DNA from: Candidatus Omnitrophota bacterium
GTDB taxonomy: Bacteria > Omnitrophota > Gorgyraeia > Duberdicusellales > 4484-171
Length of the DNA: 64,000 nt
Direction: 5' to 3'
NCBI GenBank assembly: GCA_016935525.1
Contig: JAFGQU010000004.1
Location: forward strand, 65,314 to 129,313
In this document: positions 39,811 to 51,356 of the stretch, piece after piece
Numbering within the stretch: position 1 is the first letter of the stretch
How the letters are laid out: each line of letters starts with the position of its first letter
Position numbers and translations under genes: made by a program
Notes under the pieces: model-generated
The model's database searches: none
Told to the model about the DNA's origin: nothing
Seen by the model: only the letters and a program-made list of their open reading frames with translations

Positions 39811-40655
39811 TAACTCATACTCCTTTGTTTTTGCCGTATAAAGATCGCCAAAGTAGAAACCGTAAGTACCAGTATCAAAAGAATAAGGGCGCACCCGTAG
39901 GCGATCTTCGTCTGGGCGACCGGATGGGCCCCTTCGGTCATTAACGCGTAAATATGATAAGGTAACGCCATCACTTCCGAAAAGATCGATTTGGGATATC
40001 CACGCATGTAAAACGTTCCGGCGGTAAACAGGATCGGAGCGGTCTCACCGGCTACCCTTCCCACACTTAAGATCACTCCGGTCAAAATCCCCGGTAACGC
40101 CGAAGGAACGACGATCTTCTTTATGGTATACCATTGCGTCGCCCCCAGCGCAAGGGACGCTTCGCGGTACGACTGGGGTACCGCCATAAGCGATTCCTGT
40201 GATGCGGAGATGATACTGGGTAACACCATGATCGCTAACGTAAGACAACCGGAAAGGATCGAAACTCCGAATCCTAAAAATTTCACGAATACCGCCATAC
40301 CGAACAGGCCGAATACTACCGAAGGTACCCCGGCAAGATTATTGATACTGATCCGGATGATATTTACCACTACACTTTTCGGGCTATATTCACACAGATA
40401 TACCGCACAGGCCAAACCCAGAGGAAGCGCGATCATAATCGAACCCAGAGTAAGATAAAAAGTACCGACAATCGCCGGAGCGACCCCGCCCTGGGTCATG
40501 AATTTACGGGGAACGTCGGTCAAAAATTGCCAGGAAATGGCGCCGGCTCCGCGGACCACTATAAAATAGATCAACGTACCTAAAAAGAATACCGTGATCA
40601 ACGCGCATAACGAAAGACAGATAAACCCCAGTTTCTGAGTAATATCTTTATTCAT
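39810..40655 (-). CDS. pstA: Phosphate ABC transporter permease
   Basis: [31 protein letters not shown]. Confidence 0.95.
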   Translation of the reverse strand: MNKDITQKLGFICLSLCALITVFFLGTLIYFIVVRGAGAISWQFLTDVPRKFMTQGGVAPAIVGTFYLTLGSIMIALPLGLACAVYLCEYSPKSVVVNIIRISINNLAGVPSVVFGLFGMAVFVKFLGFGVSILSGCLTLAIMVLPSIISASQESLMAVPQSYREASLALGATQWYTIKKIVVPSALPGILTGVILSVGRVAGETAPILFTAGTFYMRGYPKSIFSEVMALPYHIYALMTEGAHPVAQTKIAYGCALILLILVLTVSTLAIFIRQKQRSMS

Positions 40656-41551
40656 CGTCCTAACCCTAATTTTACACGGAACCGGCGGCTGATTATTTCC
40701 GCGATGATATTAAAAACCAGGGTGAAAAGAAAAAGGATCAACCCGATTGCAAATAACGCGTGATAATGCGCCCCGCCCATGACCGCCTCACCCATTTCCG
40801 CGGCAATCGTCGCGGTCATCGGACGGACCGGCTGAAAAAACGAATGCGGAATCACCGCCGCACCGCCGCAGACCATTAATACCGTCATTGTCTCGCCGAT
40901 CGCCCGGCTCATCCCTAAGATGATCGCCGTAGAAATACCGCTTCCGGCCGCCGGCATGATCACATTGATAAGGGTCTGCCAACGGTTCGCGCCCAACGCG
41001 TAAGACGCCTCCCGAAAGCTTTTCGGTACAAAACTTAACGCGTCTTCGGCAATACTGCATACCGTAGGAGTCGCCATGATCCCGAGCATCAGGCTACCGG
41101 TAAAAGCGTTTAACCCGACGGATAAATGAAAAGTCCTCTGGATGAAAGGAGCAACGATGACCATACCGAAAAATCCGTACACGATCGAAGGTATCGCCGC
41201 CAGGATCTCGATCAACGGTTTTAAAACCGATTTCTGTGTATACCCGGCCAATTCATGGATATAAAGCGCGCTGCCGACTCCGAGCGGCACACACACCCCC
41301 AGCGCTCCTATCGTCACCCATAACGACCCTAACATGATCGGTAAAATACCGAATTCGGCATCGGCATGAGTCGGATACCAATATCGGCCGAACAGAAAGT
41401 CAAACACACTGACTTTCTGGAATATCGGTAACCCTTCTTTAAAAAGTATCACCGTAATCCCTAACAAAAAAAACAAAGACGCAAACGCCAGTATCGTAAA
41501 GATACCGCGATATATATTTTCTTTAAATTTTGTGACGTTTTTAATTTTCAT
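40652..41551 (-). CDS. pstC: Phosphate ABC transporter permease
   Basis: LAAIPSIVYG, REASYALGA, RAIGETM, TIAAEMGE; start refined to 41551. Confidence 0.95.
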   Translation of the reverse strand: MKIKNVTKFKENIYRGIFTILAFASLFFLLGITVILFKEGLPIFQKVSVFDFLFGRYWYPTHADAEFGILPIMLGSLWVTIGALGVCVPLGVGSALYIHELAGYTQKSVLKPLIEILAAIPSIVYGFFGMVIVAPFIQRTFHLSVGLNAFTGSLMLGIMATPTVCSIAEDALSFVPKSFREASYALGANRWQTLINVIMPAAGSGISTAIILGMSRAIGETMTVLMVCGGAAVIPHSFFQPVRPMTATIAAEMGEAVMGGAHYHALFAIGLILFLFTLVFNIIAEIISRRFRVKLGLGR

Positions 41552-41601
41552 CCTTTTAAAAACCAAGATTTTCTTTCCGGGACACACCCGATGGCCGCAG
41601 C

Positions 41602-41653
41602 AAAATAAAAAAAGGCACCACGGCAGGATGGAAAACATCCCGCCGTGTACCTT
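41602..41653 (-). terminator. Intrinsic terminator / mRNA-stabilising hairpin between pstS and pstC
   Basis: CACGGCGGGATG-loop-CATCCTGCCGTG followed by a T-tract on the minus strand. Confidence 0.75.
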
Positions 41654-41683
41654 AAGAAAGGAGTCCTACGCCTTGTGACCCGT

Positions 41684-42511
41684 CTATTTTAACGGGACAA
41701 ACCCGTTCTCTTTTGCCAGACTCTGACCTTCCCAGCTTAACACAAAATCCATAAAATTCTTTATCGCGCCGGTAGGCTTTCCATTAGTATACATGAACAG
41801 CGGCCGGGCTAACGCATACGTTCCCGAAAGTACTGTCTCCTCCTTCGGCATGACCCCGTCGACCGGGATCGCTTTTACGGTCGAATCGACATACCCCAAT
41901 CCGACATACCCGATCGCGCCGGGCGTTGTCTGGACCACTTGTTTTACCGCCGCGTTCGACGCTTCCAGTAACGCGTCCGGACGGGTCTTCGCTTTATGCA
42001 GAGCCAGTTCGGTAAAAGCTTCAAACGTTCCCGAGGCTGAATCGCGGCCGATCACCACGATCTTTCCTCCGCTCCCGCCGACATCCGACCAGCTGGAAAT
42101 ACCTCCGGTATAGATCGCTTTGAGATCTTTTTTACTAATCGCGCTGATCCGGTTTGCGTTATTCACAATCACGGCAATACCGTCCATCGCCACGACATGG
42201 GCTTTAGGGTCTTTTCCCCGGCTGATCGCGCTGGATAATTCGGCGTTTTTGATCGGCCGGGACGCATCGCCGATATCGGCAGTACCGTCGATGATCGAAG
42301 CGATCCCTACTCCGGAACCGCCGCCCTGTACGGAAATGTTTACGGAAGGATTTTGGTCCATATAGCTTTCCGCGCAGGCCTGGGCAATCGGGAGGACGGT
42401 CGTCGACCCTTTGATCGTGATAGTATCAGCGTGAGCATTCACCGGACATACCAACGCGAATATCGCCAGTGTCAGAGTGTATATTCCTAATTGTCGTTTC
42501 AGTTTATTCAT
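41684..42511 (-). CDS. pstS: Phosphate ABC transporter substrate-binding protein
   Basis: Signal peptide, KGSTTV, GGGSGVG, ASR, RDSASGT, YALARPLF. Confidence 0.94.
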   Translation of the reverse strand: MNKLKRQLGIYTLTLAIFALVCPVNAHADTITIKGSTTVLPIAQACAESYMDQNPSVNISVQGGGSGVGIASIIDGTADIGDASRPIKNAELSSAISRGKDPKAHVVAMDGIAVIVNNANRISAISKKDLKAIYTGGISSWSDVGGSGGKIVVIGRDSASGTFEAFTELALHKAKTRPDALLEASNAAVKQVVQTTPGAIGYVGLGYVDSTVKAIPVDGVMPKEETVLSGTYALARPLFMYTNGKPTGAIKNFMDFVLSWEGQSLAKENGFVPLK

Positions 42512-42554
42512 CCTTATTCCTCCTTTACATAATTATGTTGTCCCTTATCTTGCG

Positions 42555-43787
42555 TTAGAACTTCATAAGCCAATCAAGCTGTAAGATATGGACTTTTCCC
42601 GTCCCTTTGATCTGTTTCATCTGATAATAATCAACGCCAAGAGAGGTATTCGGCCCTAAGCCGTAGGCTAATATCACTTCATGTCCTTTTACGTTGGTCT
42701 CTCCGCTATAGGCATCGGAATCAGGGAATGTATCCAGCCAGGCATCTTTTTCGAGCCGGCGATATATATATTTCAACTGCCAGTCACCTCGGTTCTTGAT
42801 TTTATCGGCACCGAACGCCATACCGAGGAGATATCCGTTTTCGGCTTCATCAGGATCAAAGTTGTGGATATATTCGCCGAAAAGAGACAAAGCCGGGACG
42901 ATCCCGCCGAACGGTTCTTTTACCTTCAATTTAAAGTTAGGGTTAATCGAATTGAAATTATATTTGTAGCCGGACGCGGTCATGGTCGGCCCGCCTTCGG
43001 CATGATCTAACGTACTGTCTTTGACTCCATTAAATCCCCAGTAAGCGACTCCGCCTTCCATACTCACCGTATCGCTGATCTTGTATTTCATCGCCGGCTG
43101 AAACACATACATCATCGGATCCGATGTATCCGATGACGATTCATCCAGAATAAACGCCCCGGTATTGAACATCCAGGTCACATCGCCGGACTTTTTGGCA
43201 AAAGCTAACGCGATACCTCCCGGATTGATATCGCCATCCCAGAGCAGATCGTCCTGAAGCATCACCACGTTTTTCATCCCGGCGATCTTACCGGCTTTGA
43301 CTGTTGCCCAGTCATTAGGGGTATAGGTCGCATAGGCATAATCCAGACGGATATCCGGGGTCTCAAACGTATTGTCGAAGGTCTGGTTCGTGGAACGGGG
43401 ATCGGTCCCGCCGGTCGCGAGTCCCGCGGCAACCTTGACCTTATCGTTCACCTTCGACTCCATACCCAGACGGAAACGCATGCGATAACGTTGCCGATCG
43501 TCAGAGTTCGGCTTATCTTCGTACTGATACCGTAATCTTAGGTCTCCTTTTAACTTCATGGTCTGGATCCATTGCGGTAACGATTCGGAAGTACCCCGGA
43601 CGAGCTCTTTACGTACCTCTTCTTGGGTCTCGGTAAGGATCGTTTGAGCTTCCCCGTAACTGAGCACGCCTTTTTCCACTAACTTCTCTACCAGGATATC
43701 GATCTCACCGGCGCGGGCATCGCAGGCAAACGCCATTGATCCGAAGAGAATAGCGGCGACTAAAAATGATTTGAGACTGTTTCCCAT
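42555..43787 (-). CDS. Putative porin (likely phosphate-regulated)
   Basis: Signal peptide, IDILVEKLVEKGVL N-terminal motif, KGDLRLRY, STNQT, C-terminal Phe; start refined to 43787 (AGGAGG RBS). Confidence 0.85.
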   Translation of the reverse strand: MGNSLKSFLVAAILFGSMAFACDARAGEIDILVEKLVEKGVLSYGEAQTILTETQEEVRKELVRGTSESLPQWIQTMKLKGDLRLRYQYEDKPNSDDRQRYRMRFRLGMESKVNDKVKVAAGLATGGTDPRSTNQTFDNTFETPDIRLDYAYATYTPNDWATVKAGKIAGMKNVVMLQDDLLWDGDINPGGIALAFAKKSGDVTWMFNTGAFILDESSSDTSDPMMYVFQPAMKYKISDTVSMEGGVAYWGFNGVKDSTLDHAEGGPTMTASGYKYNFNSINPNFKLKVKEPFGGIVPALSLFGEYIHNFDPDEAENGYLLGMAFGADKIKNRGDWQLKYIYRRLEKDAWLDTFPDSDAYSGETNVKGHEVILAYGLGPNTSLGVDYYQMKQIKGTGKVHILQLDWLMKF

Positions 43788-44098
43788 TGCTCTTACTCCT
43801 CCTTTTTTATGTAGGTGATTATTATTATTCATATACCGAACGGGTAGTGGATATGTGACAAAAAAATTGTTCAGATGCATATTCGTGACCACTCACCTCC
43901 TCTCTCACCAGTTTTTTTATTAATCGCGGGCAATCCTTATAATGTAGATTCATACAAAATTCGTTTTCCCAGAACGAAGAAAGTTCTCTCAATCGTGCCG
44001 ATTTTTTTGTGCAAAAACTTTTTCTTACCCCTTTTTGAAAAAACCGACATTGGTGATGGCTATTGTTCACAGTCTTCATCTTTTTCTGATATGAGTAG

Positions 44099-44302
44099 TC
44101 AGTTCTCAATAAAGTTGCGCAGTCGTCTTAAGTCCACTTCTACCCGGCGGATCGATTCGATAAGGTACCGATATTCCGGATGAGCCCCTCTTTCGATCGC
44201 ATCCAACAGATCTCCGAGCGTAGTGACTTGACAACGTAAATAACTGACGACATAATCCTGATTTACACTTGAAATCGTCGGCATATTCATCTTGTCTTTC
44301 AT
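44099..44302 (-). CDS. Small hypothetical protein (about 67 aa)
   Basis: AGGAG RBS before ATG 44302; helical C-terminus; preceded by Pho-box-like repeats. Confidence 0.55.
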   Translation of the reverse strand: MKDKMNMPTISSVNQDYVVSYLRCQVTTLGDLLDAIERGAHPEYRYLIESIRRVEVDLRRLRNFIEN

Positions 44303-44349
44303 CCCTCTCCTGTTATTTCCATTTTCATCCTGTATATTCATCCTGATTT

Positions 44350-44403
44350 TATTATCAACAATCGTGTGAAAGCGGGTTTACGACTCTGTGAAATGTCTGT
44401 GAA
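44350..44403 (-). promoter_or_regulatory. Putative Pho box array
   Basis: TTCACA at exact 11-nt phasing on the minus strand (plus-strand TGTGAA at 44398, 44387, 44365, degenerate at 44376), followed by a GATAAT -10-like element. Confidence 0.65.
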
Positions 44404-44436
44404 CTTAAAGGGAAAATGGCCAAAAATCGGGGCAGG

Positions 44437-46215
44437 TCAGACGCGGGGGACGGTAAAACTGAAGGTAGATCCTGTTCCTAACTCGCTCTTCACAAATACC
44501 TCGCCGCCATGAGCGACGATGATATGTTTCACGATGGACAAACCGAGTCCGGTTCCGCCTAATTCCCGGGAACGGGCTTTATCGACCCGGTAGAACCGTT
44601 CGAAAATACGCGGGACATCGGAAGAGGGAATACCGATACCGGTATCGGTCACCTCTATCCGTACCAATTTCTCTTGGGAGCGTGCGCGGATATATATCCG
44701 GCCACCTTTACGGTTATACTTTATGGCGTTATCGATAAGATTTAAAAGCACCTGAGCCAGACGGTTTTCATCGCCGAGAACCGCCGGGATATCAGCCGGG
44801 ATATCTTTCTCGATCGTGATCGTATTTTTCTCGGCGTATTTCTTTAACCCGGAAACGACCCGGTCAAGGACCGGAGGGATATTACAGGGTTTTAAATCCA
44901 GTTTCAGTTTTCCCGATTCGATCTTGGAAAGATCGAGGATATCATCGATAAGCCAGGCGAGCCGGTCGGCATCGGAATAAATGATCCGGACAAAATCTTC
45001 GGCATTCTCTTTATCCTGGAGAGCCCCTTCCAGAAGGGTCTCGGCATATCCTTTAATGCTGGCGATGGGAGTGCGCAGTTCATGGGAAACGTTCGCGACA
45101 AAATCCCGGCGGACCCGTTCCAGCCGTTTCAGTTCGGTCACATCATGGAATACCAAGACCGCTCCTTCGATCTGTCGTTGCCGGATGACCGGCGTGGCAT
45201 AGACCAGAAGCACTTTTTCCTGGGGGATGAATATGGAAAGTTCCCGGGTAGTCACTGCCCGTTTATGCTGTAACACGTCGTCGGTTATCTCCTGGATCTC
45301 GATGTTACGGATGACTTCCAACGGTTTTTTTCCGGCCGGATCCGAATTGATCGACCATAGATTCTGTAACGTATGGTTCATCAGCAATATCGAACCGTCA
45401 CCGTCGACTACCATGACCCCTTCGAACATGCTTAACAGGACCGCTTTCAGGCGGGCCGTACTTGACATCACCTCTTCGATCCGGGATTTTATCTGTTCAG
45501 ACATATAATTGATAGTCTTAGCCAATTCCCCGATCTCATCGTTCGTCGAGACCCAGATCCTCCGGGAAAAATCTCCGCCGGCGATACCGCGGGCGGTCGA
45601 AGCGATCTCTTTTATCGGCCGGGAAATGAAGACTAACGCGACGAAACTTACCGGTATCGCCAGAAAGAAAGTAGCGATAAGAGCGAGGAAAAGGATCTTC
45701 TTCAAGCGGGCGGAAATCAATTTTATTTCCGAAAGCGGCAGAGAAAGCCGGACTACTCCTTCCGGACGGGTACTGCCGAATACGGAGGCGATATACAGCA
45801 TCTCCTGGTCGACCGTAGCGCTGAACCGGCGGCTTTCTCCGGTTCCCGAAACAAAAGCATCCTGTACTTCCGGACGATAGAGATGGTTCTCTACATTGTA
45901 GAGAGTTTCTCCGTCAAGCTCGGAATCACCCAACACCTTACCGTCAAGGCCGATGATCGTGACTCTTACTCCCAGGTCCCGGCTGATCTTATCGGCAACA
46001 GGATCTAACTCCTGATACCCGAGGTTTTCTGAAAAATATTCTTCAAGCAACGATTGTGATAACAGAGTCTGCTTGAGAAGGTTCTCTTTTATCCGGGAAT
46101 AGGCATATTGCCGCAGATTATAATTAAGATAAAAAAATATTCCCAATAGACTCACGGCAAAAATAACCGCGAACACAAAAGTGATCTTCACATGGAGGTC
46201 TACCCGTAATCTCAT
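44437..46215 (-). CDS. phoR: Phosphate regulon sensor kinase
   Basis: 2 TM, HAMP, PAS, FVANVSHELRTP, RIFERFYRVDKARSR, GGTGLGL. Confidence 0.93.
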   Translation of the reverse strand: MRLRVDLHVKITFVFAVIFAVSLLGIFFYLNYNLRQYAYSRIKENLLKQTLLSQSLLEEYFSENLGYQELDPVADKISRDLGVRVTIIGLDGKVLGDSELDGETLYNVENHLYRPEVQDAFVSGTGESRRFSATVDQEMLYIASVFGSTRPEGVVRLSLPLSEIKLISARLKKILFLALIATFFLAIPVSFVALVFISRPIKEIASTARGIAGGDFSRRIWVSTNDEIGELAKTINYMSEQIKSRIEEVMSSTARLKAVLLSMFEGVMVVDGDGSILLMNHTLQNLWSINSDPAGKKPLEVIRNIEIQEITDDVLQHKRAVTTRELSIFIPQEKVLLVYATPVIRQRQIEGAVLVFHDVTELKRLERVRRDFVANVSHELRTPIASIKGYAETLLEGALQDKENAEDFVRIIYSDADRLAWLIDDILDLSKIESGKLKLDLKPCNIPPVLDRVVSGLKKYAEKNTITIEKDIPADIPAVLGDENRLAQVLLNLIDNAIKYNRKGGRIYIRARSQEKLVRIEVTDTGIGIPSSDVPRIFERFYRVDKARSRELGGTGLGLSIVKHIIVAHGGEVFVKSELGTGSTFSFTVPRV

Positions 46216-46219
46216 AAGC

Positions 46220-46906
46220 TCATTCGCTGAAACGGTACCCGATACCGCGTACGGTTTCTATCATCTTTCCGGGTTTCCCCAATTTTTGCCGGAGCCGTTT
46301 TATATGCGTATCTACCGTACGGGTAGTGATATCGGAAGCGATATCCCAGACATCTTCCAACAACCGGTCACGCGACTGGACCCGGCCGCGGCGTTCAAGC
46401 AGGACCTTAAGAAGTTTAAATTCCATAGCGGTAACCGTCACTTCCTTCTGGTTCACCAAGACTTTGTGACGGGAAATATCCAGAGTCAGCTTATCGGCGA
46501 CAAGTACGTCTTTCGTTTCTTTTATGCTTTGGGTCCGCCGGCGTAACACCGCTTTTATCCGTAACGTGAGCTCGCGCATACTGAACGGTTTGACCACATA
46601 ATCTTCGGCACCCAGTTCTAACCCGATAACCCGGTCGATCTCTTCTCCCCGGGCGGTAAGCATTAAAACCGGGATAGATGAAGTAACCGGATCCTGTTTG
46701 ATCTTTTTACATACCTCGAATCCGTCTAATTCCGGCAACATGATATCCAGGAGAATAAGGTCAAACGTCTGATGTCCCAATATGTCCAGAGCCTCTTCCC
46801 CGCTGGGAGATACCGTACAGGCAAATCCGGCTTTTTCCAGATTATATTTGACCAGTTTGGAAATATGCGTATCGTCTTCGACAATAAGGATTGATGCTTT
46901 GGCCAT
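46220..46906 (-). CDS. phoB: OmpR/PhoB-family response regulator
   Basis: LLDIMLP, MLTA, DYVVKPFS, TRTVDTHIKRLRQKL, ETVRGIGY; context upstream of phoR-pst. Confidence 0.9.
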   Translation of the reverse strand: MAKASILIVEDDTHISKLVKYNLEKAGFACTVSPSGEEALDILGHQTFDLILLDIMLPELDGFEVCKKIKQDPVTSSIPVLMLTARGEEIDRVIGLELGAEDYVVKPFSMRELTLRIKAVLRRRTQSIKETKDVLVADKLTLDISRHKVLVNQKEVTVTAMEFKLLKVLLERRGRVQSRDRLLEDVWDIASDITTRTVDTHIKRLRQKLGKPGKMIETVRGIGYRFSE

Positions 46907-47072
46907 AATGGGATTGCCTTGATTATGCTTTGGGCTATTATAACAAAAAGATGGCTCAGGGTAAATCAGGACGTTAAAATATCATACACGAACCTTTAGA
47001 CAAATAAAATAAGATATGGTAATATAATTATCCTTACATAAAGGCAAAATAATTCAAACTACACTATAGGAT

Positions 47073-48755
47073 ATGGTCAAAGACGTCATTTTCGGTATTA
47101 TCGGGGGATTGGGATTATTCCTGTTCGGAATGAAATACCTTTCCGACGGCCTGCAAAAGGTCGCCGGCACGAAATTACGCCGAACGTTACGGTCACTCAC
47201 CCAGAACCGGTTCCGGGGAATCCTTTTAGGCGCGTTCGTTACCAGTATTATCCAATCGAGCAGCGTGACGACGGTCATGCTGGTCGGCCTGATCAATGCC
47301 GGTATTATCAGTTTGATGCAAGGGGCCAGTGTCGTCATCGGAGCCAATATCGGCACCACGATCACCGCTCAGATCATCGCGTTTAAAATAGCGAAATACG
47401 CGCTTCCCGCGTTAGGTATCGGGGTCGCGTTGATGCTCTTGGCGCGGAAAAAGAAGATGCAGTTCTGGGGACAGGTGATCTTCGCGTTCGGTATGATATT
47501 CCTGGGACTGGCGACGATGTCCAACGTGATGAAACCGCTTAAAGATGTCCCGGCGGTCACCGAGTTTTTCGTCCAGCTCAGTACTAATCCCGTGTTAAGT
47601 ATTCTGCTGGCCACTCTCTTTACGGTCGCCGTTCAATCCAGCAGCGCTGCGATCGGTATGGTAATCGCGCTGGCTTCGGTCGGATTGATCGATTTCCCGG
47701 CAGCACTCTATCTTATTCTCGGCGACAATATCGGGACCACGATCACGGCCTGGCTTGCGGCATTAGGCGGAAGCATCTCGGCTCGCAGGATGGCCTGTTT
47801 TCACAGTCTGTTCAATGTGGTCGGAGTGACTTATTTTGCCTTTTTGGTCCACTCCGGGATATATCCCCACTTTATCGATATCATAACTCCGGGAGCGATC
47901 ACTACCGAAACTATTGCCCGTCATATCGCCAATGCTCATACCTTTTTTAATGTCTTTAATGCCGCGCTATTCCTTCTGATCATGGGTCCGGTAGTACACC
48001 TTACCCAGAGAATCATCCCCGGGAAAGATATCTATGTATCGGCGGAATTCAAATATCTTCAGGATAAACTGCTTTCCACCCCCGAAATCGCCGTCGAAAG
48101 CGCGAAAAAAGAATTGGTAGCTATGGCCGAGATGGTACACCAGACGATCAAGACCGCGGTCGAAGGGTTTTTCGCAAAAGATAAGAAATCTATCCCGCAC
48201 GTACAGACCCAGGAAAACGCGATCGACCATCTTCAGCACGATATTACGTTTTATCTGGCAAAACTCGCGACTCAACAGCTTACGCCTCACCTGGCCTCCC
48301 AGCTTCCGCCGCTTCTGCATTCGATCAACGATTTAGAACGTATCTCCGACCATGCCGTGAATGTCGCCGAACTTACCGAAAAAGTATATTCCGATAGCCT
48401 CAGTTTTTCCAATAAAGCTCTGGCGGAGATGCGCACGCTGTATGCCAAAGTGGAAGATATGTTCGACGATACTATCGACGCGGTAAAAAGCAACGACACC
48501 CGGGCAATCGACCGGATCCTCCAGCAGGAAGGCGAGATCAACACGTTACATATCGAATACCGAGCCCGCCATTCCCAACGGTTATGCGAGAACAAATGCG
48601 ACCCGTTAAGCGCGCTGATATTCGTCGATTTCATCAATAATCTGGAAAAAATGGCCGATCACCTGACCAATATCGCCCAGGCCGCCCGGGGAGATTTCCT
48701 CTTCCAGAACGATATCGATAAACCTAAACCCGACGTCCTCCTGCACCCCTCGTAG
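47073..48755 (+). CDS. Na/Pi cotransporter with C-terminal PhoU-like domain
   Basis: Duplicated QSSS motifs, GANIGTT/GDNIGTT, LERISDHA. Confidence 0.93.
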   Translation: MVKDVIFGIIGGLGLFLFGMKYLSDGLQKVAGTKLRRTLRSLTQNRFRGILLGAFVTSIIQSSSVTTVMLVGLINAGIISLMQGASVVIGANIGTTITAQIIAFKIAKYALPALGIGVALMLLARKKKMQFWGQVIFAFGMIFLGLATMSNVMKPLKDVPAVTEFFVQLSTNPVLSILLATLFTVAVQSSSAAIGMVIALASVGLIDFPAALYLILGDNIGTTITAWLAALGGSISARRMACFHSLFNVVGVTYFAFLVHSGIYPHFIDIITPGAITTETIARHIANAHTFFNVFNAALFLLIMGPVVHLTQRIIPGKDIYVSAEFKYLQDKLLSTPEIAVESAKKELVAMAEMVHQTIKTAVEGFFAKDKKSIPHVQTQENAIDHLQHDITFYLAKLATQQLTPHLASQLPPLLHSINDLERISDHAVNVAELTEKVYSDSLSFSNKALAEMRTLYAKVEDMFDDTIDAVKSNDTRAIDRILQQEGEINTLHIEYRARHSQRLCENKCDPLSALIFVDFINNLEKMADHLTNIAQAARGDFLFQNDIDKPKPDVLLHPS

Positions 48756-48875
48756 GATAGCGTATAGCGGTGAGCGTTTAGCGGATAGACAAAGATCTAT
48801 TCTCTTCCCTCCCTCTTAGAAAAAACGGATGAACCCAAACTATAGACGGGAGACGAAAAAAGGATTTAAAAGAGG

Positions 48876-49079
48876 TTATTCTATTTCTTTGAATTCGGCA
48901 TCGATGATATCCTGGCCTTGACGGGCATTCTCTCGAGCCGAACCTCGATGAGAATAATATTTCTTGGAGCGGGTCTGCGGAAAATAAAAAGAACGGACCA
49001 GCCACACTATCCCCCGGATAGCCATATTCACGATAAGAAAGAAAAGCCAGAAAGAAAGAAGCAGACTGATAAACTTCAT
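48876..49079 (-). CDS. Small membrane-anchored hypothetical protein
   Basis: N-terminal TM and C-terminal IIDAEFKEI motif typical of small DUF proteins. Confidence 0.6.
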   Translation of the reverse strand: MKFISLLLSFWLFFLIVNMAIRGIVWLVRSFYFPQTRSKKYYSHRGSARENARQGQDIIDAEFKEIE

Positions 49080-49126
49080 GGTTTTGATTATACCGGAACA
49101 TGCGAGGAGGGTCTCTTCTAAAAAAG

Positions 49127-51229
49127 TTAATCTACTTTTGTCCGGTATTCTTTACGTTCTTCGAGGATTTTTTCGGAAATATCATAAGGAACTTCGACAT
49201 ATTTTTCAAAATGCATCGAATAGTTCGCCCGGCCGCTGCTTAACGACCGTAACGTAGTCGCGTAACCGAACATTTCCGAAAGCGGCACTTCCGTTGATAC
49301 GACCTGGAGAGGCCCTTTTACTTCCATACCCAGGATTTTTCCCCGACGGGAACATATATTGCCGACGACATCTCCCACATATTGTTCGGGAGTAGTGATC
49401 TCTACCGACATTGACGGTTCAAGCAGTACCGGCATAGACCGCATGAACGCTCGTTTAAAAGCGCTGGAAGCGGCGATTTTAAAGGCTATCTCGGATGAAT
49501 CGACCTCATGGTAAGAACCATCGATCAATCTCACTTTTACATCGACGACGGAATATCCGGCATAGACCCCTTTACGCATCGCCTCGATGATCCCTTTTTC
49601 GATCGGCGGGATATATTCCCGGGGAATCGATCCCCCTTTGATCGCATTGATGAATTCAAACCCTTCACCGGGAACTGCCGGGAGGATCTCGATCACCACG
49701 TGCCCGTATTGACCGCGGCCTCCGGTCTGTTTGGCGTACTTATAGTTTTCCGTAGTAGATGTGGTAATCGTCTCACGATAGGCGACCCGGGGCTGACCTA
49801 CCTGGGCATCTACTTTAAATTCGGTTTTAAGCCGGTCGACGATCACTTCCAGATGTAATTCTCCCATACCGGAAATAATCGTCTCTTCGGTTTCGCTATC
49901 GGTATGCACGGTAAACGTCGGGTCTTCTTCGGCTAAACGGTGAAGCCCTTTTGCCAGTTTTTCCTGTTCGTCTCGAGAGGAAGGAGTCACGCTTACCGCG
50001 ATAACCGGTGCCGGAAATTCTATGGCTTCCAGAACGATCTTATTGTCTTCGGTACAGAGAGTATCTCCGGTAACGGTATGTTCAAGCCCGATTGCCGCAG
50101 CAATATCTCCGGCAAAAATATCTTCCCGGCTTTCCCGTTCATTGGCATGCATCTGGAGTATCCGGCCGATACGTTCTTTACGTTCTTTTGTCGCATTATG
50201 GATGAATTCGCCCGCTTTTATCGAACCGGAATACACGCGAAAATAGACCAGCTTACCCATATGCGGGTCCGACTGCACTTTAAATGCCAACGCCGTAAAC
50301 GGCTCGTTATCATCAGGGTTTCTGATTATCTTCTGAGCGATATCGTCCGGATCATGGCCGTTTACCGCCGGCAAATCTATAGGCGAAGGCAGATAGAAGT
50401 TAATCGCATCCAGTAATCGCTGGATTCCTTTGTTCTTGAACGCCGACCCGCAGAGTGCCGGGACGACCTTATTCTGAATAGTCCCCTGACGGATGGCCCG
50501 GATCAATTCTTCTTTAGCGATCTTATCTTCAGATTCTAAATATTTTTCCATTAAGCTGTCATCGAGTTCGACGGCTTTTTCGACCATGATATGATGATGT
50601 TTTTTAGCAAGCTCAAGATAATCGGCAGGAATATCTTCGATATGGTAATTCTTCCCCAACGATTCGTCATCATAGATATACGCTTTCATCTCCATCAGGT
50701 CGATGATCCCCAGAAAATTCTCTTCTGCTCCGATAGGGACCTGCAAAGGGATCACATTGGCCCCTAGATCTTTTTCGATATGCTGTATCACACCGAAGAA
50801 ATCCGCGCCGACCCGGTCCATCTTGTTGATGAACGCAAGTTTCGGCACTTCATATTTATTGGATTGATGCCATACTTTTTCCGATTGAGGCTCGACGCCG
50901 CCTACGGCGCAGAACACGGCCACGGCCCCGTCAAGGACCCGCAGGCTCCGTTCTACCTCGACGGTAAAATCGACGTGTCCGGGAGTATCGATGATATTAA
51001 TACGGTGATCATCCCAGTAACAGGTCGTTGCCGCAGACGTAATGGTGATCCCGCGCTCCTGTTCCTGTTTCATCCAATCCATCTGGGCTTTCCCTTCATG
51101 GACTTCTCCGATCTTATGAGATCGGCCGGTATAGAAAAGGATCCGTTCGGTGACCGTAGTCTTTCCGGCATCGATATGGGCCATGATCCCGATATTTCTT
51201 ACTTTTTCTAAATTTACTTTACGGGCCAT
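49127..51229 (-). CDS. fusA: Elongation factor G (stand-alone copy)
   Basis: [46 protein letters not shown]; start refined to 51229. Confidence 0.95.
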   Translation of the reverse strand: MARKVNLEKVRNIGIMAHIDAGKTTVTERILFYTGRSHKIGEVHEGKAQMDWMKQEQERGITITSAATTCYWDDHRINIIDTPGHVDFTVEVERSLRVLDGAVAVFCAVGGVEPQSEKVWHQSNKYEVPKLAFINKMDRVGADFFGVIQHIEKDLGANVIPLQVPIGAEENFLGIIDLMEMKAYIYDDESLGKNYHIEDIPADYLELAKKHHHIMVEKAVELDDSLMEKYLESEDKIAKEELIRAIRQGTIQNKVVPALCGSAFKNKGIQRLLDAINFYLPSPIDLPAVNGHDPDDIAQKIIRNPDDNEPFTALAFKVQSDPHMGKLVYFRVYSGSIKAGEFIHNATKERKERIGRILQMHANERESREDIFAGDIAAAIGLEHTVTGDTLCTEDNKIVLEAIEFPAPVIAVSVTPSSRDEQEKLAKGLHRLAEEDPTFTVHTDSETEETIISGMGELHLEVIVDRLKTEFKVDAQVGQPRVAYRETITTSTTENYKYAKQTGGRGQYGHVVIEILPAVPGEGFEFINAIKGGSIPREYIPPIEKGIIEAMRKGVYAGYSVVDVKVRLIDGSYHEVDSSEIAFKIAASSAFKRAFMRSMPVLLEPSMSVEITTPEQYVGDVVGNICSRRGKILGMEVKGPLQVVSTEVPLSEMFGYATTLRSLSSGRANYSMHFEKYVEVPYDISEKILEERKEYRTKVD

Positions 51230-51356
51230 CTTTGGATTTCCTTTCATGAGACCGCAACTTATGGAATGAAATGGCCATAAGTCACCTGGTCAAATTCGAC
51301 TACGGACTTTTACTCACTCACGTTCTAAAATTCCAAGTCTCATTTGACAAGGTGCT

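Noticed and set aside
43854-43890. GTCAC repeats upstream of the porin as a Pho box
   Set aside because: The two clear half-sites are 30 nt apart, not a multiple of 11; plausible by context but not supportable
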